Of a stretch of DNA of 64,000 bases, positions 15,374 through 28,527 are shown piece by piece (position 1 is the stretch's first letter; each line of letters begins with the position of its first letter). The notes beneath the pieces were generated by a model, which had not been told where the DNA came from, ran no database searches, and saw only the letters and a program-made list of their open reading frames with translations. The translations under genes and the position numbers were made by a program. The DNA lies in contig OZ024746.1 of assembly GCA_964016885.1 (NCBI GenBank), positions 26,598,001 to 26,662,000 on the forward strand. The letters run 5' to 3'. The DNA comes from Eledone cirrhosa. Its lineage: Eukaryota.

Positions 15374-18300
15374 GTAATACCCTCAGCGCTCCCAATCCTA
15401 TTTCCAGAGAGACCTGCCTACACGCAAGTTGTAAATAATATATAACAAATAAAATAGTTAATTTTTATATAATAAAATAATGTAATATATTCTATGTATA
15501 AATAAATATTATATATTTTATATTTTACTATATTGATATATAATATTGTTATACTTGGGGAGGGTCATATTTGTGTAATATTGCCAGAATTAATAATAGA
15601 ACACACTTACTGTTGGGTTGGTTTTTCGCTTTTCACTTCTGTGTCTTTTATATCGGTAATCTAATTTATTCGGTCCTCAATGTTGCCACTCACTGCCCAA
15701 CGGTCAAAAATAATACAGATACAATATAGACACAAACACATATATATAGTTTATCAAAGTTCTTTCGTTGTACATCTGCAACATCGTCAGTGGTGCTATT
15801 GTTTCCTCCCGTTACATTGTACTTTCTACGCCATCTTCATTTAGTCTGTTTATATATTTATTTATTTGTTTATTTTATTTTGACTTCTTTGCGCATGCGT
15901 TTGCGTGTGTGTATAGTGTTTTGTTTGATGTGTGTTCGTGATTGGGTGACTGTGTATTGGTTAATGTATTCTATCTTTACTAGTGTGTGTTTATATGTGT
16001 TTGTTGTTATTGTTGTCTATGTTACCGTCGTGTTGTCTGGCATGTTCGTATAGTACTGACCCGTTTTTTCGTCCTTTTAGTTCCCCCAGTGTTGGTCTAT
16101 CCTTTCACCTGTGCTACAAGCTGTCTCGCCTATGTATGTTGCTGTCATGTTTCTGCAAGTACCCTCTGTACATCTTATGCTATAGACTACGTTTCTAGTT
16201 TTACAATTTATCCGTATAAATTTTATATTTTTTATTTTATATTTTATATTTTATATTTTATATTTTATATTTTATATACTATTATATCATTTCTATCGTC
16301 CCCTTAGGCTGAAGCACCCCAGGACCTTCTCAACGCTCCCGGGGTGGGGGCGTTAGCGTCCACTTTAAGAACCTTTGGTTTATGCGGTGGCATTTTTCCT
16401 CTGGTCAGTTCCCCATAAAATAACCGTTTAGGAAGCCCTTCATCTTCCATCCTGCCCAAATAACCAGCCCAATGCATCTAGCTCATTATAATCCTTATCT
16501 CAATACTGGTGCTACCCGCTTTTCCGGTACAGCAGTATCAGATGTGTAAGAGGACCACTTGATGTTCAGTAAGCGTGGGATACAAGATAAATCACAATGA
16601 GTGGATTGATGATAATGATGTTACAATCACCAAGCCTAGTGAAGAGAAAAATAACTTGTATTGAAGTGTCTTGTTGCAGATGGTCCAGTGATGATCACTT
16701 TTGAGAAGACCTTCAAAGAAACAAAGTCAAAACTGCCATATAAATTTCTAAGAATGAAGAATAAATTATGGTCTGAAGTTTCAGCCGAGATTCAGAAAGA
16801 TTATAACTGCAGAGAATTACAGCACAATAAGTTAAGCTTTTGGCTCAGCGCACTAAAACATGGCACCATTGAAGTAAAGAGATGGGAAAGCCCTCATCAA
16901 AGAGATGGACACAATGAAACTCTAGATTTTGATGGAATACCTGTTGAGCTGATCCGCTTTCGAGGTGACAATGTTGCTATGGCCATTCATAGACTAGTCT
17001 CATCAGTTTGGCATTGTGGGCCTATCCCGCAAGGCTGGGTAGATGCAATTTTGCTCTTGATTTACAATGGCAAGAGCTCCAAGTTTAAATGCGGTGGATA
17101 TCGTAGTATAAGTCTGCTCGATTCGGAAGGGAATGTTGTATCCAAGGTCTTGTTGAATCGTCTAAATGGATCTGTCCTGGGGCCATCCCTGATAGCCAGG
17201 AACTAGGCGGAGTACTGTGGACAGGATTTTTGCAGTCCATCAGCTTATGGAGTGCGTTGAGCAGCAAGTGTCACTGTACAAAGTATTTGTGAACTTTATC
17301 AAAACCTTTGATACTGTTAATCGTAGTACATTGTGAATCATATTGGGGAAATTTGGATGACGTCATGAATTTGTTGGAATATGCAAAAAATTCCATCAAA
17401 ATATGAAAACAAAAGTGAACTTCAACGGGACACTTTCAGAGCCAATTTCAATGGCAAACGGTGTCTAGCAAGGTGGCATTCCTGCACCCACTCTGTTTAC
17501 CATCAATCACCATATCTTTCTTAATCGGGTGAAATATTCCCTGGTTACGCGTTCCTTGTCACCGATACCATCATAGGATATATTCTCATCTATCCCTAGG
17601 TATCTGTAGCAGTTCTTGTCAGATATCGGTGAAACAATTAAGCTATTGATAAAAATGTTGCTAGATTGGCTTGTAGTTTTTCCCCGTTTTACAATCACAT
17701 ATGAACATTTAGGCTAAATTCCATTCCTATATCCTTTGAGAATGCCGTAACCAGGTCAAGATTTTTCTTCATCTCATTTATCTTTTTGGCATAGAGTTTC
17801 AGGTCATCCACAAAGAAATTATCGGTTAGGTTCCTATTTCTCTCCTCCTGGGAACCAATTATGTATCCTTCACATTTCTTGAGCAGAAAGGACAAGGGGT
17901 TTAATTACAGAATAAATAGTAACACAAAGAGAATATACTCCTGTGATATTATATTTCATCCGTGAAAATAGCATCCTTCTCCTCTGTTTTTAACTTTAGG
18001 ATAGTAGCCCAAGAAGAAGATAGGTTCTCTATGGCTCTGATAATAGTATCTGGGACTATCATCCAAGAGTGGGGAACAGAACTTTCCTGTAGTCCAGCCA
18101 GACTGTAACCACATTCTTGCTAAGTTGTTGCATCTCTCATTCCAGCTGCTTGCTCATCTGTTATGATGTTATTATTGTCGCAGGGATTTTGGAGAAATAG
18201 GTTCAAGCAGGCTGCATACATTTTATACATTAGATTCTGGCATGCAACGTGTGGGTAGTTATTTTTTTAAATTCCAAATGGGTGTCTTTGGAAACCAATA

Positions 18301-19508
18301 TTGTTTGTGTTAATGTCAACACCCCTGGTATATCTGCATCTCCCAGGTGGGCTTTCTGGTAGAGGCTGATCATATACATCCGATAGAATGTCAGTTTTTT
18401 TTACAAGTAGCCAATAATCAAGTCTCTTCCTGCTGTTTTATTAGCTTGGAGGTTTCCTATCACAGTCTGAAGGGTATCATCATTTAATCTGTATGGATTT
18501 GTTGCAGTGTAGGGACAGTAGTTCTTTTATACTTATAGGTAAAACTAGGACCAATACAACCGAATTAAGCTGAGGTAATGGTAATTCAAACAATTTAATT
18601 TTAATGATACTTCCAAAACTGGCTCCTTGTCTCATTAGAATTAAAACTGCTAGATCAGCAGTAGGAAATATTTTTATGCCGGTATACACACTTAGAAATT
18701 AACTGACATTCAATGAAGCCACAATTTGAAAAACATATAGTCCCGCTAAAGTTCAAGGCTTTGGAAATATATAATTACGTATGTAGGTGTTACTTTTCGT
18801 AACAAACATAATAAATTGAACAGATTAACGTTCAATATAATGAAATCATCAAGAACGTTCTGCTTCTTTCAGTTGGCAGTAAATATTATTTTGGAAAGTT
18901 CGATATAAATATCTCAACCCTGTGTCAGAGTTTTTTCATGTTTGCCAGACCATAACCAATATTGTTATAGCGAAGTTTATTGTGAAATAAACCTTCAATC
19001 ATATACTGAATATGATATACATTTCAAAGTATATTATATATATAATATGAATACATTACACATTATAATAAATTGTAAACAAACGAAAGTAAGGTTTAAA
19101 AAAGTCAAACGTAATATAAATTCAATATCTTTAATGTTTCAATAAAAAAAATATAAATATAAAAAGTTTATATAACAAATAATTATCTAAAATATAGATA
19201 TATATTTTACAGTTCCAGTTTGGTGTTATCAATAATACCATTTCAGTAGGATTATAAATTTAAAAAAATATTACATAATATTACATAGGATATAAATGTA
19301 GAGTTCTCTGTTACATAGATAGAATCAAGCATTACAGAGAAATTAGATAAAATATTCATATTTCTTAGAAAATATATTTACAAAATTACAACAGTATTGT
19401 TGAGAATTGAAGCTGAAACACTTCTACATATTTATAACGATACACTTGTATCTGGGTGTCTAACTGACAGGGGTACCAAGGAATATTATAGATTGAGCAT
19501 TAGATATT

Positions 19509-20637
19509 TCACATGTATGATTTAAGTATTTGTTGAATATGGTTTATATGTTCAAGAAGAGTATGTAGTGTAACCATGGTAAACCATCGATGTTCAATGA
19601 TTGGAATATCTGTTGGTACAAAGAGACTCTCATTCACATCCTCATTGTTTTGGACTTTCGAAGACAACTGAAATATCTGAAAATAAAAGGATATATATCA
19701 GGTTAAAATATACTCATATAATCTTACATATATATGTATATACAGATATGCTATTAACGCTCTTACGTTAGTTTGAGCTTTATACTTTATACATGTGTAT
19801 TATCAAAGAATTTGCATTACTTAAATGTTAGTAGTATAACTCCTATATAAAGTATCTACTGTAGAAACTTCATTTTATTATAGGAAATATCAAATCAATT
19901 AACAATGGATATATTATATTATCAATACTTACTGGTAAACTTAGTAGAATTTTCAGATCAAATAAGTAATAAACAGTCTGTCTTAGATAACAATAGAATA
20001 TAGCATCTGATGTTCGTGTGAGTTTAGAACAAGCAGCTGGGTAGTAACACTGTGCTCCTATACGTGTGGCACGAGCACACAGATTGTCATATTCTCTCTT
20101 CACCTGATTCTTCATCACAACAACATATTTATTAAGGGTTGTAGACATGTTGAACAGAGACATCTGTAATGAAGAATTGTGAGAAATTATATATTTCAGA
20201 ATCACTGTCATTTCTATAAAATGTATTATGAGTTCATGAGACAATAAACATAAGATGTTCAAAGCTAATATATTGTTTTGTCTTAATTTTATGATATTGT
20301 GCTAATGATAGAAATATATATATACAAACCTTTAATAAATCAATGTTGTTGACGGTGATATTGTCCTGAATATTCATCTGTGGAAAGTTAACATCCATAT
20401 TGTGGAGTAACTTGTTTATAAATTGTGGACAGCTTTTAGCAAACAGCAATGGAGCATTATTACACTGTAGAAAAATATATAACACTTTATGAGATAGGAT
20501 GGAGAGTCTGACACATGATATATGGAACACATTATTTTAATTTAAATTATACTAATATATCTATTATAAATATTCATCTGAGTGAGAAAGTCAGAGTGAT
20601 AGAGACAGAGAGAGAGAGAGACAGAGAGAGAGGGAGG

Positions 20638-20727
<90 letters not shown>

Positions 20728-21793
20728 GAGAAAGAGAGCAATTGATAAAGATAGAAAAATAAAGAGAGAAAGAGAGAGAGCGAGAGAGAGGTAGTAAGAA
20801 AAGATTGGGAAAAGTAATGAATTCTTAACTTACATAATTAATCAAAGTATTGTTTACGGCTGCTGTGGTTCTTTTTGCTAACGTCAATGCCGTATCTATT
20901 TCAGTTTTTATATCAGATATATCAGATAATTCAGTTGTTGTTGTTGTAGATTGTATAGGTAATCCATGGATCAATGTCATCCATGTTGAGAGACATAAAA
21001 CCAATGTATATTGCCAATCTGGAGGAGAAAAAAAGGTATAAAGATTTTATTAATTAAACAAGGAAATATTTAAACTTTATCAGTAATTAATACGAGAAAT
21101 ATTTTATTATATTTTAAGAGAAGAATTAGATTCTGGAACATTGATGAATATTTAAATTAGGAATATTGGGGATTTCTACACAGAAGCAGGAACTAAATCT
21201 TCGCGAAATCATACCCCACTGTGTAAACAAAATTATAGACAGATTTCATAATGAATTTCAAGATAATCAATAACTAAATTGATGACGAGATGCTTAGTTA
21301 TGGAGAGCCTTAGACTATAGTATGGTTGTAGTGTACTACAAAAATAAACAAACAATATTATAAACTCTCATTTAGCAGCAACTATATGGTTGTAGAACAC
21401 TGAATGTCACCTCCCCAACTGTGAACATTCCTCCTACAACACACATAGATAGATAAAATAGAATAATTATAAGAAAAGAAAGAGAAGATACTCAAGAATA
21501 ATCATTGGATAAATGGGAAAGTATGTGAAGAAAGACATCTTACGATTAAACACACGATCACATAACTGATGGGGAATGGGTGATTTACCTGAGATATATA
21601 TATATATATATATATAATTAATACATTAACAGAGAAAGCCTTAAGCGATACTCTGACCAACTCCATCTCACTCAACAAACATTAGGATATACCTATATAA
21701 ATATATATATATATATGTGTGTGCGTGTGTGTGTGTGACAACTCAAACAGCAATATTACAGTGACTATAACATAGAATATTCTACTTACACAT
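19509..21793 (-). CDS. Copy 2 of the secreted cytokine-like gene. Exons 21793-21790, 21018-20834, 20464-20330, 20163-19933, 19676-19509. Variants T49A, T67A, K89N
   Basis: Same splice sites, frame intact, 240 aa. Confidence 0.87.
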
Positions 21794-23061
21794 GTTGATC
21801 TTTTATAAATTTGTTAGAGGAAATATAAGTTAATGTGAGACGTCAGTAAATTTGCTTGTACTCTTTTGAATACAATTAATAAATGATAGTCAATAGAATT
21901 ATAATGTGACTTTATATACTTACCAGTGAAACTTATATATTTGGAAATACCGTTGATATATATTGAAGATGGAGAATTTGAAAGTTCCCAACATCCATAG
22001 TTTACTATTTAGATGAGAATAGATTTACTTTCAGTTGTAGAGACCAGCGTATCTATTTATAATCCCAATTTTAGTAGGAGAGATAAAAGTAGAGGGGGAG
22101 AAAGACGGAGTGAGAGAATGGTGAAAGAAAAAAATAGAAAATTAAGTGAGAGGGAGAGGGGGAGAGAGAGGCGGCGGGAGAGAGTGAAAGTAATACGTAG
22201 GATGGAGGACGTGTGAGTGGAGGGAGAAGGAGAGAGTAGTTAATTGTAACAATGAATAACTATTTTTATCTTAATTTTAGGTCAAAAGTCTATTTTACTT
22301 TATTTCATTGATGGGAAACATTTATTTCGTAGAAGTGTCATTTTAAACATTTAGAATCACACACAAACACAAATCTTGGTTTTATATATATTATGTTTCT
22401 CTCAGTGCCAAAACTTCCAACAAAGATTTTGATGCTAAGAAGTAAATGCTATTTATGTTAAAAGATTTGTGTTTTTCATATTGTAATATTTTCAATTTCT
22501 TCTGATAAAGAAATTCGCGTTTAATTTATTGTGTATTGTTTTGTTTGTCTGTTTGTTTTGTTGTTTTTTTTTTATTTTATTTTCGATATTCCATAACCTC
22601 CGCTGAGAAAATACCACAATTCTTGGAATATGCAACACTTTCATTATGAAACATAAGACGGAAGTGTTACAATACATGTGACCTCCTACACAGCATCACA
22701 CTGTCATAGTAATAGTAAAATATATGTCAGTTTCCATAAACGCTGAAACATAACTGAAAGTAAACAATTATCATTTAGTAAATATAGAATATTAAAGAGG
22801 TTATATTTTATATTACGTGCATGTGGTTAGAATGTCTGAAGAATGAATCAATGGACAGATTTGACGGACAAAACCAACTGGCAGGGTATCCTGGGTGCAA
22901 CCCGAGTAAGACGGTAGGGTAAAATACATGAGATCGGCTGGTCTCAATTGAGTATCCAGCCAGATCAAATATTGATTAAATAGATCATCAATAGTTTTGG
23001 AGGATTGGGGGTCATCCTTCTCTCTCCGTATTACATGAGTTATAATTTATAGGTCTGTTAA

Positions 23062-23410
23062 TTTTCTCCAGTGTATAGGTGTGGTGATCTTCTCCAGTGT
23101 ATAGGTGTGGTGATCTTCTCCAGTCTATAGGTGTGGTGATCTTCTCCAGTCTATAGGTGTGGTGATTTTCTCCAGTCTATAGGTGTGGTGATTTTCTCCA
23201 GTCTATAGGTGTGGTGATTTTCTCCAGTCTATAGGTGTGGTGGTGATTTTCTCCAGTCTATAGGTGTGGGGATTTTCTCCAGTCTCTAGGTGTCGGGGAT
23301 TTTCTCCTGTCTATAGGTGTGGTGATTTTCTCCAGTCTATAGGTGTGGTTATTTTCTCCTGTCTATAGGTATGGTGATTTTTTCCAGTCTATAGGTGTCG
23401 GGGATTTTCT
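23062..23410. repeat. 26-bp minisatellite, ~13 units
   Basis: Directly visible. Confidence 0.95.
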
Positions 23411-26022
23411 TCAAGATTTGTAAGCCGTATATTTAGTTTGACTTAGTACAATATTTCTATGAGTGAACTACTTGAGTGTCTGGTTGATGTGTTAATGTTA
23501 CTACAATAGAAATAATTACCTATAGGAAAATAATAATAGTATGCACAGTTCATTACTGGTATCTTTGGATCAACACATCTATCAACAAATCTACCAACTA
23601 ATCTATCAGATGTCACGATAAATCTCTGGTCAAAATATTTACCATTAATCACTTGTTTGTACACTTCTCTTTTATTTTAAACCTATTCATCGTGTTGGAG
23701 TTCTTCAGGTTGGTTCCTTCCAATCCTTTGGAACACATAATAATTGATTGTGTACACCTGTCTTCAGAGAATCTTGCAACAATTTAGTAATCAAAATTCA
23801 ATATATATATATATATAGTGACGAAACATAAGTCAATTGCATGAACTCATAATCCTTTATTTACTGCTATATATATTTCGATGATAGCCATTGAATGGCT
23901 ATGACCTCATCGGGCAGTTAGTCAGTTCTTAGATATGCCAGCTCTGTGTTTATAGTGTTGATGGTATCAGAGCCTTGGGACATATATATATATGGTAGGG
24001 GGGTGTAGGCATGATTCTCATGTTGAATACAGAAAATATTTATGCATCAGTCATGTAATAAGAAATGATACTAATAATTACTCCTGACAGAAATCTAAGA
24101 GAAAACATTCAAGGAAAAAAGGTGTAGCTAATCAAAATGACTTCAGTACATCACAGGTGTTATTTTATTGATTTTCGATGATTTGAAATCAAACCTTAAT
24201 GACATAACTAATTAACGTGAATCTAACATCTAACCTAATGATAATTGTTTATATTAATATCATTTTTTGCATAGACACAATAGCACAAAGCATAATCTAT
24301 TATATCTATTTTGGTACAATATGCTATATTATCTATTATATCTACTTTGGTACAGTATGCTATATTATGTTCTCGTCATTATTATTGTTTGTGTCATGGC
24401 TTCAGTTTATGGTTTCTTTGGCTTTATTTAGTTTATGTTTTTTTTCATCAGAATCCGGCATATTTGGGGACAAATCAGTGTCAACCAGGACACATTAATA
24501 AGCCGGATGGAATAACGTGACTGATCATACAAACTGAGGTAATCCCGGCCACAACAGGAAATACAGTCTGTCTATCCACATACATTTATACATATAAACT
24601 GATCTCCATTCCTTTTACTGTAACACAACTAATATGTGGCTGGGTACTAATGTTAAACATTACTATTATTATTCGGATCCGGCTATCAGCTGAGTTTATC
24701 ATAAAGACTGCCCCACCGCCCTTTTTAACCAGGAACGGTAGGCAGTTTTTATCTGCCTAATGGCCATGGTGATAGAGATCATATGTTTTTAGGATTCACT
24801 TGAAAAGGAAAATCGGGGTGGAGAGGGAAGTGCTGATTTCCAGCCAGTTTATTGAAAGATGGGTGAGAGATGTAATAATGGCCCGTGTGAATGTGTCTGC
24901 CCTGAGCGTGTGCCTGTATTACTGAAGGAAGACAATGCTTGCCTTAACAGTCTGGGTGACCTTGGCTTATGTAGGCTTTCTCCACATGTACCCATTGGAG
25001 TCTCCTCGCCTTTGGGGATTTATGTTTGTTGTTTTAAATGTTTATTGCGTTAATATCTGTTATAAATATTATTTTACACAAAAAAATCTACAAGAAAGCA
25101 TTTGGGAGTACCGGTAGAGCGTAGAGTTAAGTCCCTTTACATTCTGAGTTCAAATCCCGCCGCGGTTAACTTTGCCTTTCTTCCTTACGGGGTCGATAAA
25201 ATAAAGCAGCAATTTAAACATTCATACCTGATATACATAAACAAAATATTATCTTGCTTCACACCCACCCGCACACACACATAAACATATGTGTGTGTGT
25301 GTCTGTCTGTGTGTGTGTAAATAAACAACCAGGATTAAATTAAATCATTTAATATTTTACGAATGATACATAAAAGAAAAGAATGAAACTAAATGTAGTT
25401 GAAATAGATGTTGATAAATGTAAAAGTTTGTGTTTACAAATGTTTAATTGTTCTTTTCAAGTGGCTTGGGAAATACACTATTGAGGCAATAATTTCTTCG
25501 TTATTTTGATAGATAGATTTATTTATTTATTTTGATAGATAGTAACCGGATACTACTAATAAACTTACATTAATATATTGCCATTTATACATAATCAATC
25601 ATTAATTAATACACATTGCCTTCAATTAACAAAGTATTTATGACAAACTTATAAAATATGCAATATTTGAAAATATCGGATTGAAAATATGTAAAAATAT
25701 AGCCCCGACATAAAATTTTATGAGGAACATCAAATTAAGCCCTGTACTTAATCAGCCATTAAATTTATTCTTCTCAATATTTTACTAAACTTTTAGACAC
25801 ATTCAATTTTTTCCAAACATCAGTTGTTAAAATGTTACCCAAACACACATGGTACTGTTTCGAAAATTACTTTTGAATTATATTTGTATACACAGATAAT
25901 TAAGACTTTACAAAATAAAGTGTTCAAAAACTATTTTTTTTTTACTTTCTCTCTCTCATACTCTCACTCTCGACACAAACACATACATTCATGCAGACAC
26001 ACAAACACACACATCTTTTGAT

Positions 26023-26229
<207 letters not shown>

Positions 26230-26409
26230 TAAGATCAAAAGATGTTTAAATGTGTTCCATGTATTTTATTATGCGCATTTCAAAGACAAATATCATCATG
26301 CAATAACATTTGTGTTTTCATCAGATAAAATAGGAGGACATGATATGCAGGTTAAAAACACTTGTGGATAGTGCAGTTTTAATATCGTACTACAATAAAA
26401 CTCACCTCC

Positions 26410-26466
<57 letters not shown>

Positions 26467-26944
26467 TTACATATATATATTTATATATATATACATTTAC
26501 ATATATATATATATATATATATATATGGTAAAACCCAGATATACCATAACCCACCAGAGTACTTGATATTTGGGGTAGTAGAGTGGGTAACATGAAAAGA
26601 TTCAGGACCCCGACGGCTGAACTCCGGCCGTTTCGACAGCTAGATCAAAACTAAAGCGCCAGTAGTCGTGATTAAGGAAGTGGTTTTTATACCGGCTCTC
26701 TCACATACCCACATATCTCCAGGATTCGTTTCTTGATATTGATTCAATGAAGAGACCTCAGATCGTAAATTATCGCTGGGTTGATGCATTTTTGATCCTG
26801 CGGTCATGACTCCGATTATTTACAAGAACATTCAATTTACCAATTCATTTACTTCGGCACAGGTTGAAAGAGTTGTCCCTCCGGCCCACGAAACGTACGA
26901 CTCTCGTATGGCGCCATTGTAGTAACAATAAATGTAGAAGAACA

Positions 26945-27482
26945 TTGTAGGAGAAATTTTCACAGTTGGGGAGGTGACGTTCAGTGTTCTACAATCATGT
27001 AGTTGCTGCTAAATGAGAGTTTACAATATTCTTTGTTTATTTTTGTAGTAATTGGGACATTCCTACACTATAACCATATCTATAGTCTAATGCTCTCCAT
27101 AACTGACCATCTCTTCATCAATTTAGCTATTATTTATCTTGAAATTCATTATGAAATCTGTCTATAAATTTATTTACACAGTGGCGTATGATTTCGCGAA
27201 GATTTAGTTCCTGCTTCTGTGTAGAAATCCCCAATATACCTAATTTAAATATTTATCACTGATCCAGAATGTAATTATTCTCTTAAAATATAATAAAATA
27301 TTTCTGGTTTTAATTACTGATGAAGTTTAAATATTTCCTTGTTTAATTAATAGAATCTTTAAACCTTTTTTTCTCCTCCAGATTGGCAATATACATTGGT
27401 TTTATACATCTCAACATGGATGACATTGATATATATTCTTTTATTTTCAGATATTCCAGTTGTTTTCAAAAGTCCAAAACAA
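26945..27482 (+). pseudogene. Inverted pseudocopy, unit 3
   Basis: Homologous to 2813-3350. Confidence 0.88.
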
Positions 27483-27849
27483 GTAATACCCTCAGCGCCC
27501 CCAATCCTATTTCCAGAGAGACCTGCCTACACGCAAGTTGTAAATAATATATAACAAATAAAATAGTTAATTTTTATATAATAAAATAATGTAATATATT
27601 CTATGTATAAATAAATATTATATATTTTTTATTTTACTATATTGATATATATTGTTATACTTGGGGAGGGTCATATTTGTGTAATATTGCCAGAATTAAT
27701 AATAGAACACACTTACTGTTGGGTTGGTTTTCGCTTTTCACTTCTGTGTCTTTTATATCGGTAATCTAATTTATTCGGTCCTCGATGTTGCCATTCACTG
27801 ACCAACAGTCAAAAATAATACAGATACAATATAGACACAAACACATATA

Positions 27850-28527
27850 TATAGTTTATCAAAGTTCTTTCGTTGTACATCTGCAACATCGTCAGTGGTG
27901 CTATTGTTTCCTCCCGTTACATTCTATTTTCTACGCCATCTTCATTTAGTCTGTTTATATATTTATTTATTTGTTTATTTTATTTTGACTTCTTTGCGCA
28001 TGCGTTTGCGTGTGTGTATAGTGTTTTGTTTGATGTGTGTTCGTGATTGGGTGACTGTGTATTGGTTAATGTATTCTATCTTTACTAGTGTGTGTTTATA
28101 TGTGTTTGTTGTCATTGTGCTTGTGTATGTATTTATTTATTTATTTATCTATTTATTTATTTATTTATACTTCTCTTAGGGCAGTGTTGTTTGTTTGGGT
28201 GTTGTTATTCCATTCATTCTTTCTGTTTAGCCTTGGCCTTCTAAGATCTATTTCACTGGCCTCTCTGATTTGCCTATCTGCTGGGTCATTTCTATGTTTA
28301 GATATTATTCTAATTTCTATGTTGTCTATGTTACCGTCGTGTTATCTGGCATGTTCGTATAGTACTGACCCGTTTTTTCGTCCTTTTAGTTCCCCCCAGT
28401 GTTGGTCTATCCTTTCACCTGTGCTACAAGCTGTCTCGCCTATGTATGTTGCTGTCATGTTTCTGCAAGTACCCTCTGTACATCTTATGCAATAGACTAC
28501 GTTTCTAGTTTTACAATTTATCCGTAT
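27850..28527 (-). mobile_element. Undeleted version of the Neptune-like Penelope relic with a complete GIY-YIG C-terminus
   Basis: The extra 204 bp continues the frame ...NIEIRIISKHRNDPADRQIREASEIDLRRPRLNRKNEWNNN...EV*, with the stop at 28167-28165. Confidence 0.82.
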
